Shown: positions 27,276-39,678, counted from the first letter of the stretch. The stretch is 64,000 bases of DNA from Trueperaceae bacterium (GCA_965213705.1 OZ243913.1:1984001-2048000); one strand, 5' to 3'. Numbers and translations: made by a program. The notes: a model not told the origin generated them from the sequence alone.

Positions 27276-28060
27276 AAGCTCTCCTCCGGCAACTCTAAAA
27301 AGGTCAACAACTGCGCGGCGGTGGCGATGGCGATGGCCTGTGGGCTTTTGCCGGGCACACCGGGCAAGCCGATGGGCGTGGTGACGCGCGTCAAAACCTC
27401 CTCGCTGTGGCCTTGCTTCGTAAGTTCACGCCGAAAATGTGCCCACTTCGCGCTGCTGCCGATAAGTCCGATAAAGCCGAGGTCTTCCCGCCGCAGCGCC
27501 GTGTCCAAAATAGCGATGTCCTCGGCATGGTCGTGGGTCATGACGAGAAGGTGTGAACCACTCGGCAGGCTCTCGAGCACCGTCTCGGGAACGGGAGCGT
27601 GTCGCTTGTGAAGTGTGGCCTCGAGCTTGGGAAAGTCGGGCTCGAGCTGCGCCTCCCGAGAATCCACCAGGTAAAGCTCGAGCGGCAACATCCCCAATAC
27701 CTGAACGAGCGCCCAGCCGACATGCCCCGCGCCGAAAATGGCGACGCTCTCACGTGCAAGATTCACCGGTTCCAACAGCAGCGTCACCTCGCCTCCGCAG
27801 CATTGTACGCCGTGGGGGCCGCTTTTTGGACTCAGGGTCATGGTCAAAAGCTCGGGGGTTTGGGCTTGATTTGTGAGGAGGGCTCGAGCTTTCTCAATCG
27901 CCACTTGCTCCAAATTGCCGCCGCCCACACTGCCGTGAACATCCTCAAAGGTCACAACCATCTTGCTGCCCGCACCGCGCGGGGCGTGGCCGCGCACCTG
28001 CGCGACGGTGACTAGCACGGAAAGCTCTTTGAGTTGGGCGAGGGTCTCGAGCCAAGCCAT
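27272..28060 (-). CDS. xdhC: Xanthine dehydrogenase accessory protein XdhC
   Basis: GHAPRGAGSKMVV, GSVGGGNLE, QCCGG, FGAGHVG, MTHDHAED, GLIGS. Confidence 0.93.
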   Translation of the reverse strand: MAWLETLAQLKELSVLVTVAQVRGHAPRGAGSKMVVTFEDVHGSVGGGNLEQVAIEKARALLTNQAQTPELLTMTLSPKSGPHGVQCCGGEVTLLLEPVNLARESVAIFGAGHVGWALVQVLGMLPLELYLVDSREAQLEPDFPKLEATLHKRHAPVPETVLESLPSGSHLLVMTHDHAEDIAILDTALRREDLGFIGLIGSSAKWAHFRRELTKQGHSEEVLTRVTTPIGLPGVPGKSPQAIAIATAAQLLTFLELPEESF

Positions 28061-28714
28061 TTAAGAAAGGATGGTTCTGAGCGCCTGCAAATTCTCCGCG
28101 CCGTCAAAAATAGCTCGAATAGGAATCTCGAACCCTTTGACCGCTACGCTTTTGACCGTTCCAGAGCCGGATTTCAACATCAAATCATAAGTCTCGTCAG
28201 CCGACCAAAGGTACTGCTCGAGCGTTTCTTGTCCAGGGTCGATAAGCCAGTATTCCTTGACGCCGTGCGCTGCATAATCGTTGAACTTGATACCGCGGTC
28301 TTTGTCCGCCGTACTCTCGGACAACACTTCGACTATAAAGTCGGGAGCAGGAAACTTCATCTGGTCCGCTCGGAAGCCTTGGGCTTTGTCTTGACTAAAA
28401 AAGCACAAGTCAGGCTCATAGTCGTTGCGGGTCAGCGTGATGAGGATTTTTTCAACGCCCACAAAGCCTAACTCGTGTTGCTCGACATACGTGTCTATCA
28501 GTTTGAGCAAGCGCTTGACGCAGTTGTTATGGCGTTTCTTAACGGGTGAATGCACGACGACCTCTCCGTTGATGAACTCGAGCTTTTCACCCTCGGTCAT
28601 CTCGTTGTAAAAACGCTCTCGAGCCACTCTTTCGCGCTCCAACACGGCCTCGAAGCGGCGCACGTAGAGGGCCAGGCGGGGAGACTCGAGCAGTTGTTCG
28701 ACGACGGCGTCCAT
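28061..28714 (-). CDS. Uma2 family (DUF820) endonuclease-fold protein
   Basis: EFINGEVV..SP, YEPDLCF, PDFIVEVLSEST..DRG.K...YA..GVKEYWLIDP. Confidence 0.9.
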   Translation of the reverse strand: MDAVVEQLLESPRLALYVRRFEAVLERERVARERFYNEMTEGEKLEFINGEVVVHSPVKKRHNNCVKRLLKLIDTYVEQHELGFVGVEKILITLTRNDYEPDLCFFSQDKAQGFRADQMKFPAPDFIVEVLSESTADKDRGIKFNDYAAHGVKEYWLIDPGQETLEQYLWSADETYDLMLKSGSGTVKSVAVKGFEIPIRAIFDGAENLQALRTILS

Positions 28715-28741
28715 AGTTTCAGTATAGGCGTTTCAAGAGGT

Positions 28742-29266
28742 TTACCGCTTCAGCGCTTTTCGAATAAGCCGAATCTGCCCGCGGTGGTTGATTTCGTCCT
28801 CGAACACGTGGAACCACTTGAAGTAGTTGTTGGCGGGCTCGTCGTCCCAAAAAGGAGTTTGCTCGTAGAGCCAGTCGTCGTCTCGCTGGGCAAGTTCGAC
28901 AAGGGTCTTTTCGCGCACAGCGGCTAAGTTCTCAAGGTAATGCTCGAGGTCATGGCTTTTGATGTGTTCCCGGCCCAACGCGCCCAGCTCGAGCCCCGGT
29001 TCCCAGCGGGCGATTTCATCCTCGGTCAGGTCGCGATTTTCGAAGGTGGACGCCCCATACGCGACTTCGACGGCGGCCATGTGCTCGAGCAGCATCCCGA
29101 TGGAGTTGCCGTCGTTTCGTGGGTGAAAGTCGAGCTGGGTTTGAGAGAGGTCTTTGACCGCCCACAGGGTCGTATAGCGCGCGTAGCTCATCATCACGAC
29201 GAGTTCGCCGATGCGCGACGAAAAGCCGTCTAAGGGTTGGACGAGGTAGGGGTGCTCGAGGGTCAT
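28742..29266 (-). CDS. DinB family protein
   Basis: NSIGMLLEHMAAVE and WFHVFEDEINHRGQI. Confidence 0.85.
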   Translation of the reverse strand: MTLEHPYLVQPLDGFSSRIGELVVMMSYARYTTLWAVKDLSQTQLDFHPRNDGNSIGMLLEHMAAVEVAYGASTFENRDLTEDEIARWEPGLELGALGREHIKSHDLEHYLENLAAVREKTLVELAQRDDDWLYEQTPFWDDEPANNYFKWFHVFEDEINHRGQIRLIRKALKR

Positions 29267-30726
29267 GATGTTTCCAAATCGGCCTTTTTCCAGTATTTAT
29301 GCTGTTTGATTTGGGAGCTTGTAAACAAATACTTCTGATTGCGATTGAAGAGTTTTAAGCAATGCTCTCGTGATAGCCCCAATTCAAAAAGCATACACGC
29401 TTGTAATATGTAAGAAAGAGTTTGTACAGCCCGAAAGAGTTCTTCATTTTCCATAACGTGCTTCGATTTTCTTGAGTAGTGCGTTAAAAAGTTGCGGGTA
29501 TCTGTAACTTTTCTGGCGAATCCCTCAGTGTCTTCTACTAATCTTGCCAATACTTCAGTGGTGTGTTCTACTAATTCTATTACTCTGTGAAATAACCGAG
29601 GTTCGTTGCTGTGGGCTAACTGTTGTTGCAGCCATTCACGATAATTTTCTGGAACACTTTCAATAATTTCCTTTTTCTTGATCTTGAAATCTGCTTTCGG
29701 GACAACAGTGTTATCGAATCTTTCGCGGTGATAAACTTCCAGTGCTTGTGCTAAGTTCAAAAACTCATTATCAAGATACATGCCATTTGACATTTCTACG
29801 CCAAAAAACAAATCCAATGAACTTTTTAGTTCCTTGCGTCTTATAGAAAGCCAATTTTTCAGTATTGTATCTAGCTCCCTTTGAATATCTTGAAAACTAA
29901 AAAGCATAGCGTAATCGTTAAGAATCTTTGATTTTCTTTTGTTTTTAGCAACAGATTGTTGATAGTAAACTTTGGTAGCAGACTCTCTGAAACCATTCGA
30001 AGTCTGAATTCTGTTCTGTTCTGAAAAGAGTGAGAGGAAGGTAATTGCGTTCTGCTGTTGAGTTGCTAGGGTCATTAGTTCTTGGAGGGGAACAATGAAG
30101 TTCTCTAACCAGCTTTTTAAATTAGTTTCGCTATCAGCTTCTATCTCAAGCCAAATGACTGGCTCTAAACTCACCCCTGTTAGAGAATTGCCGCGTTTAG
30201 AATATCCCTGAGCGATTAACACCGTAGAATCTTCTAAATCTGTCATGATTTTATTTACTGACGTATAAACTATCTCAATTTTATCAATAACTTTGGTGTC
30301 TTTGTTAAAGGAAAATGTCTCTTGAATTCCGGAGAAGCCAACCCAATCAGGAAGATAAGTGAATTGTACATGCGCCTTATTAAATGCTGTGGCGACAGCT
30401 TTCTCAGGTTCCTTATGTTGGTTTTCGAAAGCATACGACCCCCGAAATGTTTCACTTGAAAATCCAGGTAATGAGGCCGAAATGCCATCAAATGAACACC
30501 CAAAAATACTAAAGCGCTTTCCATTGCGAGTAATTCCCTCAATTAACGGGTAGCCTCTTTCTATACCTGTTCTTTCATCAATCTTGTGCTTAGTTGCATC
30601 GAAAGAGAACGAACCATAGACTTCAAGCGATAGCCCATCGGTATGCGAGAAGGTGAGTCGTCCCAATTTTCTGTTATCCATGTTGTGAGGAAGCCACCAC
30701 TCACCAATAGTTTCAAATTCATCCAC
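29263..30726 (-). CDS. ApeA-type HEPN domain protein (putative anti-phage RNase), AT-rich
   Basis: GEWWLP...G.L.FS N-terminus; FLNLAQALEVYHR and HEPN RxxxxH motif RNFLTH; markedly lower GC. Confidence 0.8.
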   Translation of the reverse strand: MDEFETIGEWWLPHNMDNRKLGRLTFSHTDGLSLEVYGSFSFDATKHKIDERTGIERGYPLIEGITRNGKRFSIFGCSFDGISASLPGFSSETFRGSYAFENQHKEPEKAVATAFNKAHVQFTYLPDWVGFSGIQETFSFNKDTKVIDKIEIVYTSVNKIMTDLEDSTVLIAQGYSKRGNSLTGVSLEPVIWLEIEADSETNLKSWLENFIVPLQELMTLATQQQNAITFLSLFSEQNRIQTSNGFRESATKVYYQQSVAKNKRKSKILNDYAMLFSFQDIQRELDTILKNWLSIRRKELKSSLDLFFGVEMSNGMYLDNEFLNLAQALEVYHRERFDNTVVPKADFKIKKKEIIESVPENYREWLQQQLAHSNEPRLFHRVIELVEHTTEVLARLVEDTEGFARKVTDTRNFLTHYSRKSKHVMENEELFRAVQTLSYILQACMLFELGLSREHCLKLFNRNQKYLFTSSQIKQHKYWKKADLETS

Positions 30727-30744
30727 TGTGGTACCTAGGCATTT

Positions 30745-33053
<2,309 letters not shown>

Positions 33054-33057
<4 letters not shown>

Positions 33058-34487
33058 GCGGGAACCTCAATGGTTTCAAAATAAAATTTCTCGAGCAAGT
33101 TCCCCACAAGGCGGTTGCGATAAGCGGCAGAGGCGCGCAGGTCGTCGAGCGGTTTGAAAGTAGTCTGCAAGCTCGCTTTTGCCTCTCGCACCGTTTTCTC
33201 GTTCCAGGGCTTGCCGACGAGTGAGGCTTCGACTGCTGTAGCTCGAGCCGGCGTCGCCGCCACACCGCCGTAAGCGAGCCGCGCCTGCACGACGCGGTCG
33301 TCCGCGTTCAAGTCGATGGCGAAGGCCGCCGCGACGATGCTGATGTCGTCGGTGCCCCGCTTGCCGACTTTGTAGGCGTTGCTCAGTCGGCGCACCGCGC
33401 CCTCGGGCAGCGTTTGGGGGATGAGGACGGAGACGATGACCTCCCCCTTCTGCAAGACGGTTTGGCGGTAGCCGGTAAAAAACTTCGCCAGTGGGACAAG
33501 ACGCTCGCTGCCCGCGTTGCGCAGCCGCACTTCGGCGCTAAGGGCCAGCAGCACCGGCGGCAAGTCGCCGATGGGCGAAGCGGTGCCTAAGTTGCCGCCC
33601 AGCGTGGCGCGGTTGCGAACCTGCCGCGCGGCGAACCAGTAGAGCATCGTGTCCAGAGCCGGGAACAGCCCGCGCAGCTTGGTTTCGATGTGGCTGAGCG
33701 GCAGCCCCGCGCCGACCTCTAAAAAGCTCGAGCCCGCTTTGACAACCTTCAACTCTTCTACGTCCTCGAGTGAGATGAGACAGGGAAAGTGCCCCGAGTG
33801 GTGCGACAGCTCGAGGCCCAGGTCGGTGCCGCCGGCTATCAAGACAGCGTCGGGATGGGTTTGCATGAGGCTGAAGACATCGTCTAGGCTCGAGGGGCGG
33901 AAAAAGGCCTCCTCTTCACGTTCAAAGGCTAGGGGCTCGAGCGGAGGCGCGTGTTGCAAAGTCCACAAATGTGGGTCGTCCTCGGCGGGTTCGCCGAGCG
34001 AGCGAGCGGCGCGGCGAATCGGCAGGTAGCCCGTGCAGCGGCACAAGTTGCCCTCGACGACGCTGTCAGTTAAACCAGTATCTCCCAGGGTGCCGTCGTC
34101 CAACTGCCCGCCGTAGTAGCCCGCAAACAGGCTCATCACGAAACCCGGCGTGCAGTAGCCGCACTGCGAGCCGCCCGTGTCGACCATCGCTTGTTGAACT
34201 GGATGCAGCATGTCGCCCGCCACGCCCTCGACCGTCACGACCGCGCGCCCGGCGACCGAACCCAGGGGGAGCAGGCAACTGTTCACCGCCTGGTACTGCG
34301 CCTTCCCCTCAACGTCCGTGCCGACGAGGGCGACGGTGCAAGCGCCGCAGTCGCCGTCGCCGCAGCCCTCTTTGGTGCCGACGCGGCCCGTGGCGCGAAG
34401 GTACTCTAAAAGCGTCGCCGTGGGCGCGGTGTTCCGAGGTGTTTCGGTCTCACCGTTGAGGGTGAAGGTCAAATTAGCTTGCGTCAT
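33054..34487 (-). CDS. xdhA: Xanthine dehydrogenase small (2Fe-2S/FAD) subunit
   Basis: GTKEGCGDGDCGACTV, SQCGYCTPGF, GNLCRCTGY, QVRNRATLGGN; TAAACT 5 nt before ATG 34487. Confidence 0.95.
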
Positions 34488-34540
34488 GAACCAGTTTAGC
34501 ACGGGGGTTTGGGCGGTCGGCAGGCGGAAAGTTACTCGTG

Positions 34541-34612
34541 AGAGGCTTGTGGCGAGTGGCTTGTAGCTTATAGGTAAAACCACGGGCTACAGGCTACGAG
34601 CCACCGGCTCAC
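34541..34612. repeat. Inverted arrays of degenerate 7-bp repeats
   Basis: GGCTTGT GGCGAGT GGCTTGT AGCTTAT ... CCACGGG CTACAGG CTACGAG CCACCGG. Confidence 0.5.
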
Positions 34613-35712
34613 GGTTCGTTCAGCCGCCCGTGTCGCCGCAAAACCTCCTGCATTCTCTCTGTAGGCAGCGCGTGGACCGTGTTGCCGTCCACACCCGTCA
34701 TCGTTTCTGCCCCGGTGAGGGCGTTCAGGATGGCCTCTTCGGTGGCTTGGACGGACGCCTCGAAAAGCGGGTCCAAGCCGTCGTTCGGGAGCATGGTGAG
34801 GTTTACGGGGCCGGCCCTTGCCGCCGCTCCTGAGTTCGCCGTCGAAAAAGCGAGAAACAGGTCGCCCGAGCTGTTGCCGCCCACGCCGCCGACGCGGGCC
34901 ACTCCGAGCGGGGCGCGTTTGGCGAGGCGCTCGAGCTGGTGAGGCAACAGCGGCGCGTCGGTCGCGACGACGCCGATGATAGAGCCCGTTTCCCGTTGCT
35001 TGGGGCCGAAGTTCAACTCGGGCAAAAGGTCGCTGATTTCACGTCCGACCGGCACCCCGGCGACGGTGAGCTGTGCTCGGAGGCCGTAGTTCGCCTGGAC
35101 GAGCACGCCGACGGTGAAACTTTCGGTGCTGAAATCGACAACTCTCGAGGCCGTACCGATGCCGCCCTTGAAGCCGTGACAAACCATCCCCGTGCCGCCG
35201 CCCACGTTGCCCTCGGCGACGGGGCCGCTTGCGGCGCCGTCCAAGGCCTCGAGCACGTGCGTCTCTTTCACGTGAAAGCCGTTGATGTCGTTCAGCAGGC
35301 CGTCGAAAGTCTCGGCGACGACGGGCAGCAGGAAAAACTGGTCGGCGAAAAAGGGGTCGTACAGCCCCCGCTCGAACTGCCACTTGACAACAGCGTCGCG
35401 TACCACGCCGACGCTGTGGGTGTTGGTGAGGAGAACAGGGCCTTCCAAAAAGCCGGACTCTTGCAGCCAGTGGGTGCCGGTCATCTCGCCGTTGCCGTTC
35501 AGGGCGTAAAAGCCCGCAAAACAAGGGTCGTAGACCTTGCCACGCGGCAAAAGCGCGGTGACGCCCGTGCGCACCGGCCCCACGCCGACGTTGAGCTTGC
35601 CTTCGTCCTCGATAAGCGTGCAGTGGCCGACCTCCACACCGGCAACATCCGTAATGGCGTTGTTCGGGCCGGGTGTGCCGACGAGGGGGACGCCGAGGGC
35701 TCGAGCTTTCAC
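34609..35712 (-). CDS. P1 family peptidase (DmpA/BapA aminopeptidase)
   Basis: NAITDVAGVEVGH, LNGNGEMTG, GNVGGGTGM, GSII self-cleavage site, SGDLFLAFST. Confidence 0.92.
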   Translation of the reverse strand: MKARALGVPLVGTPGPNNAITDVAGVEVGHCTLIEDEGKLNVGVGPVRTGVTALLPRGKVYDPCFAGFYALNGNGEMTGTHWLQESGFLEGPVLLTNTHSVGVVRDAVVKWQFERGLYDPFFADQFFLLPVVAETFDGLLNDINGFHVKETHVLEALDGAASGPVAEGNVGGGTGMVCHGFKGGIGTASRVVDFSTESFTVGVLVQANYGLRAQLTVAGVPVGREISDLLPELNFGPKQRETGSIIGVVATDAPLLPHQLERLAKRAPLGVARVGGVGGNSSGDLFLAFSTANSGAAARAGPVNLTMLPNDGLDPLFEASVQATEEAILNALTGAETMTGVDGNTVHALPTERMQEVLRRHGRLNEP

Positions 35713-35721
35713 ACCCTCACT

Positions 35722-36816
35722 CTACCGCGTAGGTGCCAGCACCACCGCTTCGGGCAGGGCGACCGTGACCGCGCCGCTCGGCGCGGTGTTTGAACGTTGC
35801 GCCAAACTCAGCACGTCGTCGAAGCGGAGTACCAGGTCTTTGGTGCGCTCGGTAACGAACAAGTTCCGGCCGTCGAAGGCGATGCCCGTCGGGTTGCCCA
35901 GCAGCGTGCTCGGGCCGGTGAGTTGCAGGCGCACTTCGGTAGCGCCGTCCGCCAGGCTGGCGTTCTCGAGAACGAAGATGCTCCCGTCGGAGTCGAAACC
36001 GGGCTGGTCGGCGGTGGTGGCGCGGCCCACGTCCGAGGCGATGAGCAGGTCCCGGTCTGCCACATAAACGAGGTCGTGGGTGTTGGCCGAGACTTGTTCA
36101 CCGTCTAAAACCGGCGTGACGACGCGGTCGGGTCCGTCCCCACCCCGGTCGATGAGGAAGTCGTCGAACACGAGCACGGTGCCGTCGGTGCCGCCGACGA
36201 ACAGCCGGTCGTTCGCGGTGTCGAAAGCGACACCCCAAGGCCGGCGCGCTTCGCCTGCCGAAGTTGTGCCGAGGTCGTCCACGACGAACAGGGGTGCGGC
36301 GTCGCTACCGGCCTGCATGTCGAAAGTTGCCACCTTCGCCCCGGCAAAGTCCGCCACGACGACAACGCCCAACGTGTCCGCCACCGCGAGGTCTTTGGGC
36401 TCGAGCAAGCCCGTCGCCGCCCCGCTGATGAGCCGGTCTCTGGAAGCGTCGAAACTGCCGCCGTCGCGCTCCAAAAACTCGTCAATCACCATGATTCCGC
36501 CGGGAAACGTTTCGTCCGGCCCGTCGTCAAAGGTGATATAAGCGTCGCCCTGCGCGTCGAATTGAAGGTACTCGAGGCTTCGTGGCCCACCCGCGGTGTC
36601 GAACGCGGGGCTCGAGGCCGACATGCTCGGCGGCAACCCGAAAACAAGGCCCTGCGGCGGGTCACTCGGCACCACGGGTACAGGCGGTTTGCTGACCACC
36701 AAGACCTGAGCTTCGACCTGCGCTTCGACCTGTACAACGGCACCCGCAACCAGTGCGAGCGTCATCACTGTGCCTACACACAGCCCAAACCCCGCCCTCT
36801 TGCCGTTTCTTTTCAT
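35722..36816 (-). CDS. Exported single beta-propeller protein, paralogue of the repeat unit of the 39.8-43.2 kb lipoprotein
   Basis: N-terminal hydrophobic signal; DAYITFD, FDASRDR, VADF, NDRLFV..TDGTVLV, N.H, SDVG, LGNP motifs shared with 39837-43157. Confidence 0.75.
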   Translation of the reverse strand: MKRNGKRAGFGLCVGTVMTLALVAGAVVQVEAQVEAQVLVVSKPPVPVVPSDPPQGLVFGLPPSMSASSPAFDTAGGPRSLEYLQFDAQGDAYITFDDGPDETFPGGIMVIDEFLERDGGSFDASRDRLISGAATGLLEPKDLAVADTLGVVVVADFAGAKVATFDMQAGSDAAPLFVVDDLGTTSAGEARRPWGVAFDTANDRLFVGGTDGTVLVFDDFLIDRGGDGPDRVVTPVLDGEQVSANTHDLVYVADRDLLIASDVGRATTADQPGFDSDGSIFVLENASLADGATEVRLQLTGPSTLLGNPTGIAFDGRNLFVTERTKDLVLRFDDVLSLAQRSNTAPSGAVTVALPEAVVLAPTR

Positions 36817-36897
36817 TTTCGCACCCCCTTGACAAAAATGACCCCGACTCATCCTAACAAGTTGGAGGTCGGACGGGTTCCGGTCTCGTGCCGGGGG

Positions 36898-37920
36898 TCA
36901 ATCCGAAGGCTTGTAAACGACGGTGACGGACTGCGTTACGGGTTCACCCGTTGCCGTCGTCGCGGTGACCGTGAGCGTGTTTTCGCCTATGTTCAAGCCG
37001 GTGGCGGTAAAGGTGAAGCGGTTGTTGGCAACAGCGATGTCGGTCGGCTCACCGCCGTTGACCCGGTAACGTAAAGCACCGACGCCCTCTTCGAGCGTAC
37101 CGCTGACGATGACGCTGCTCGAGCCGGTTTCACCCCCCTGAACCGGGCTGCTAAGCTCGAGCACGTCGTTCGGCCGCGCCTTGAGCAGCGACACCTTGCT
37201 GAGCGGGTCGGTCGGTTGGGGACTGCCGCCTGCGGGTTCCAAGCTCACGTAAAGGGACGCAAATTCGCTGGAAGATACCTCGAACACCCCGCTGCGGGAC
37301 ACGCCCAACGAGGTGAGTTCTTCACCCCGGTCGGGGTCCCAGTCGCTGTTGGTGTGGCCCCACGCTTGGTAGGTGCGGCCTTGCGGCGCGGCGTCGGCTA
37401 GAACGAACAGCGCTGTCCCTGCGGGCGTCAACAAGACGCTGCCGGGCGACTCGGTGCGACTGCTGCCGATGACGTTCTCGAGAACGACTTTTTGCACCTG
37501 GGGCTGCGCTAGGAAGCTGCTCAGCAACTGCGTTTCGGCCCTGGCCTGCCGGTACGCGTCGTTGCTGCGGACGCCCCAAAAAAGGCTGCCGCCCGTGACG
37601 GCCAAGGCGAGGCAAGCCGCCAGCAGCCACGGGTAAACGGGGCGTGTGGACGCACGTGCGGGTTCGGCCAAGACGGTTACGTTCTCCGGCTCGTCGTCCT
37701 CAAGCTCTTGCGAGAAGCGCACCCGCAACGTTTCCCAAACGCGCTCGGGCGGGCGCGACTGCGGCAGCGCCTCGGTCAGTAGGGCGACGGGAGCGGCCAA
37801 CCGCGCTAATTCCTCGCGGCAGGCGGCGCAGTTTTCTAAGTGAGTTTCTATTTTCCGCACCTCTTCAGGGCTCAGTTCACCCAAAAGGTAGTCCGGCAGC
37901 AGGTCGGTGGGATGCGTCAC
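36898..37920 (-). CDS. RskA-type anti-sigma factor (zf-HC2 + TM + RskA domain) with an extra C-terminal Ig-like domain
   Basis: LLPDYLLGEL...IETHLENCAACRE, PPERVW, TM helix, GRTYQAW, VSLEPAGGSPQPT; start reset to GTG 37920. Confidence 0.85.
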   Translation of the reverse strand: MTHPTDLLPDYLLGELSPEEVRKIETHLENCAACREELARLAAPVALLTEALPQSRPPERVWETLRVRFSQELEDDEPENVTVLAEPARASTRPVYPWLLAACLALAVTGGSLFWGVRSNDAYRQARAETQLLSSFLAQPQVQKVVLENVIGSSRTESPGSVLLTPAGTALFVLADAAPQGRTYQAWGHTNSDWDPDRGEELTSLGVSRSGVFEVSSSEFASLYVSLEPAGGSPQPTDPLSKVSLLKARPNDVLELSSPVQGGETGSSSVIVSGTLEEGVGALRYRVNGGEPTDIAVANNRFTFTATGLNIGENTLTVTATTATGEPVTQSVTVVYKPSD

Positions 37921-37975
37921 GGCTTCTCCATTTTTTTCATCACGACGTTTGGCACAGTGTTGTTCATGGCGTCTT

Positions 37976-38509
37976 TCACAGCGTTTCCCAGTGGTCCCGC
38001 AGTTTGAGAAGTGCTCGGCGCAGTTTGCTCTTGACCGTGCCCAGGGGCAAACCGGTGTGTTCCGAGAGTTGCGCGTGGGTAAAGCCGTCGTAAAAATTTT
38101 GTTCGACCAAGGCTCGCTCGTCGTCGGCGAGGTGAGACAGCAACTTTTCGGCGAGTAAGACGGTCGTGGGGTCGCCGGGGTCGGGCGCGGCAAAGTTTGC
38201 GTGGGGGTCGTACACGTCTCGAGCCTCCGCTTTGAGCGGTCTCGCTCGACGCTTGCGCAGTTTTGACAGGGCCAAGTTGCGTGCGATGGTGTACACGTAA
38301 GCGCGCGGCGACTGACTGAGCGTGTGGTAGCTGTCCGCCCTGTAGAGCTTTAGAAACGTGTCTTGCACGACCTCTTCGGCCTCCTCGTGACTTTTGAGCA
38401 ACCTCAGCGCCAAGGTATAAACTTGCGTACCCAAGCGCTCGTAAAGTTCGGCCAATGCCTGCTCGTCCCCACGCTGTAGCCGCGCCACCAACGATGCTTC
38501 CGGCTCCAT
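37976..38509 (-). CDS. ECF RNA polymerase sigma factor (SigK-like)
   Basis: GDEQALAELYER, AEEVVQDTFLKL, YTIARN, GLPLGTVKSKLRRAL. Confidence 0.93.
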   Translation of the reverse strand: MEPEASLVARLQRGDEQALAELYERLGTQVYTLALRLLKSHEEAEEVVQDTFLKLYRADSYHTLSQSPRAYVYTIARNLALSKLRKRRARPLKAEARDVYDPHANFAAPDPGDPTTVLLAEKLLSHLADDERALVEQNFYDGFTHAQLSEHTGLPLGTVKSKLRRALLKLRDHWETL

Positions 38510-38613
38510 TACCCTCTATTCGGAGTGACGTGTTTCCTCATAACGGTACTCCGTCCCCTCGTCAACGTTTTACTTAAGCCAGCCCGAAAATACGGCGTCC
38601 CCAGACTACCGCG

Positions 38614-38970
38614 TTACCTGAACGAGGTGGGGAAAACCTCGTGCCACTGCCGCCTGGACAACTCTCCTTGGCAGAGAACGAACGCCTCGTAGTCCTCTAT
38701 TTGCGCCGTTCCCTTCGAGACCGCGTTTTCGATGCGGCGAACGGTGTCGAGCAACTCTTGGGAGCTGCGCCGCGCGACGCTTGCCGGTGTGGTGTCACTG
38801 GGTGGGTCGTTTTTACCTTCGACTTCGGCGGCTTCGTTTTTTACACCCACTTTTGCACCACCCACTTTTACACTGCCCACTTTTACACTGCCCACTTTTA
38901 CACCAACGCCGCCGGAGTTGGACACCGGGTCGCCCGTTTTGCTTGAGGGGTCGTTCGCAGTTCTACTCAT
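38614..38970 (-). CDS. Hypothetical protein with a VKVGS pentapeptide repeat
   Basis: ATG 38970 with GGAGG SD; preceded by the ECF-type promoter motif. Confidence 0.6.
   Translation of the reverse strand: MSRTANDPSSKTGDPVSNSGGVGVKVGSVKVGSVKVGGAKVGVKNEAAEVEGKNDPPSDTTPASVARRSSQELLDTVRRIENAVSKGTAQIEDYEAFVLCQGELSRRQWHEVFPTSFR
38846..38905. repeat. Four 15-bp in-frame tandem repeats
   Basis: CCCACTTTT(A/G)CAC(TG/CA) four times. Confidence 0.85.
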
Positions 38971-38987
38971 GCCTTGCCTCCACTTTA

Positions 38988-39017
38988 CGAAACGCCCTAC
39001 GGCGCGCTTTGGATGCA
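38988..39017 (-). promoter_or_regulatory. ECF-type promoter, copy 1
   Basis: TGCATCCAAA-N13-CGTTTC on the minus strand. Confidence 0.65.
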
Positions 39018-39153
39018 TTTTGGTTCAACGACCCCGAAAACCGCGCGGCACCCCAAAACGAGACCTGTAAGAAGAGCCGGTGAGAAGGGCTGGTGAGAAG
39101 GACCGGGTGAAAGCGGAGCGACAGCGAACCCTTCCGGCCCGCGTTTGCGACCG

Positions 39154-39183
39154 TGCATCCAAATGTTGCGGGCGCACGTTACT
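39154..39183 (+). promoter_or_regulatory. ECF-type promoter, copy 2
   Basis: TGCATCCAAA-N13-CGTTACT. Confidence 0.7.
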
Positions 39184-39240
39184 TAGACCGGGAGTGGTGG
39201 GTATGGCTAAGCGTCGAACAGGCGACGAGTTGGGGACGGT

Positions 39241-39471
39241 ATGACTTTTGATACTTTGCGGGGCCGGCTGCAACGGCTCAAAACCTTGGCCGAAGTCGTA
39301 GCTGCGGACGACTACGCGACAACGTTGCGGGAGATTCTTGGAGAGTTGGAGAATGAGCTGGAGGGGGGGCTCGAGCCTTTTTCCTCCGGCAGTGCGCGCG
39401 AGGTCGACCCGGCGCTGCTGGGCAGTTTGCACCGCCGCCTGGTAAAAGCCGGGCGTCCCGGAGGCGCGTAG
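39241..39471 (+). CDS. Hypothetical 76-aa helical protein
   Basis: GGGGA SD; lies downstream of promoter copy 2. Confidence 0.6.
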   Translation: MTFDTLRGRLQRLKTLAEVVAADDYATTLREILGELENELEGGLEPFSSGSAREVDPALLGSLHRRLVKAGRPGGA

Positions 39472-39496
39472 CCGCGCTGAAGCGTCAGCGTCCTCG

Positions 39497-39624
39497 GTAA
39501 AACCGTGCTGCTGTAAAAAAGCTGTAAAAAACCGTGGTGCTGTAAAAAGTGCCGCCGTGTGAACAGGTCGTCTGTGTAAACAGGTCGCCTGTGTAAACAA
39601 GTTGTCCGTCCAAACAGCGTCGCG
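39497..39624. repeat. Compound intergenic repeats: GCTGTAAAAA three times and 3-4 copies of a 17-bp unit
   Basis: GCTGTAAAAA at 39510, 39521 and 39539; GTGT(G/A)AACA(G/A)GT(C/T)G units at 39557, 39574 and 39591, degenerate at 39608. Confidence 0.75.
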
Positions 39625-39678
39625 CCAGAAAGCTCGAACACCCGTACGTCAATGCCAAAAGAGCTGCTCTGAGGTCGT

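Noticed and set aside
36898..38193. 431-aa version of the anti-sigma overlapping the sigma gene
   Set aside because: The zf-HC2 domain begins at GTG 37920 after GGAG; the upstream extension overlaps the sigma CDS and has no motif.
39497..39624. CRISPR array or plasmid iterons
   Set aside because: Units are 10-17 bp, contiguous and without unique spacers; no cas or rep gene nearby.
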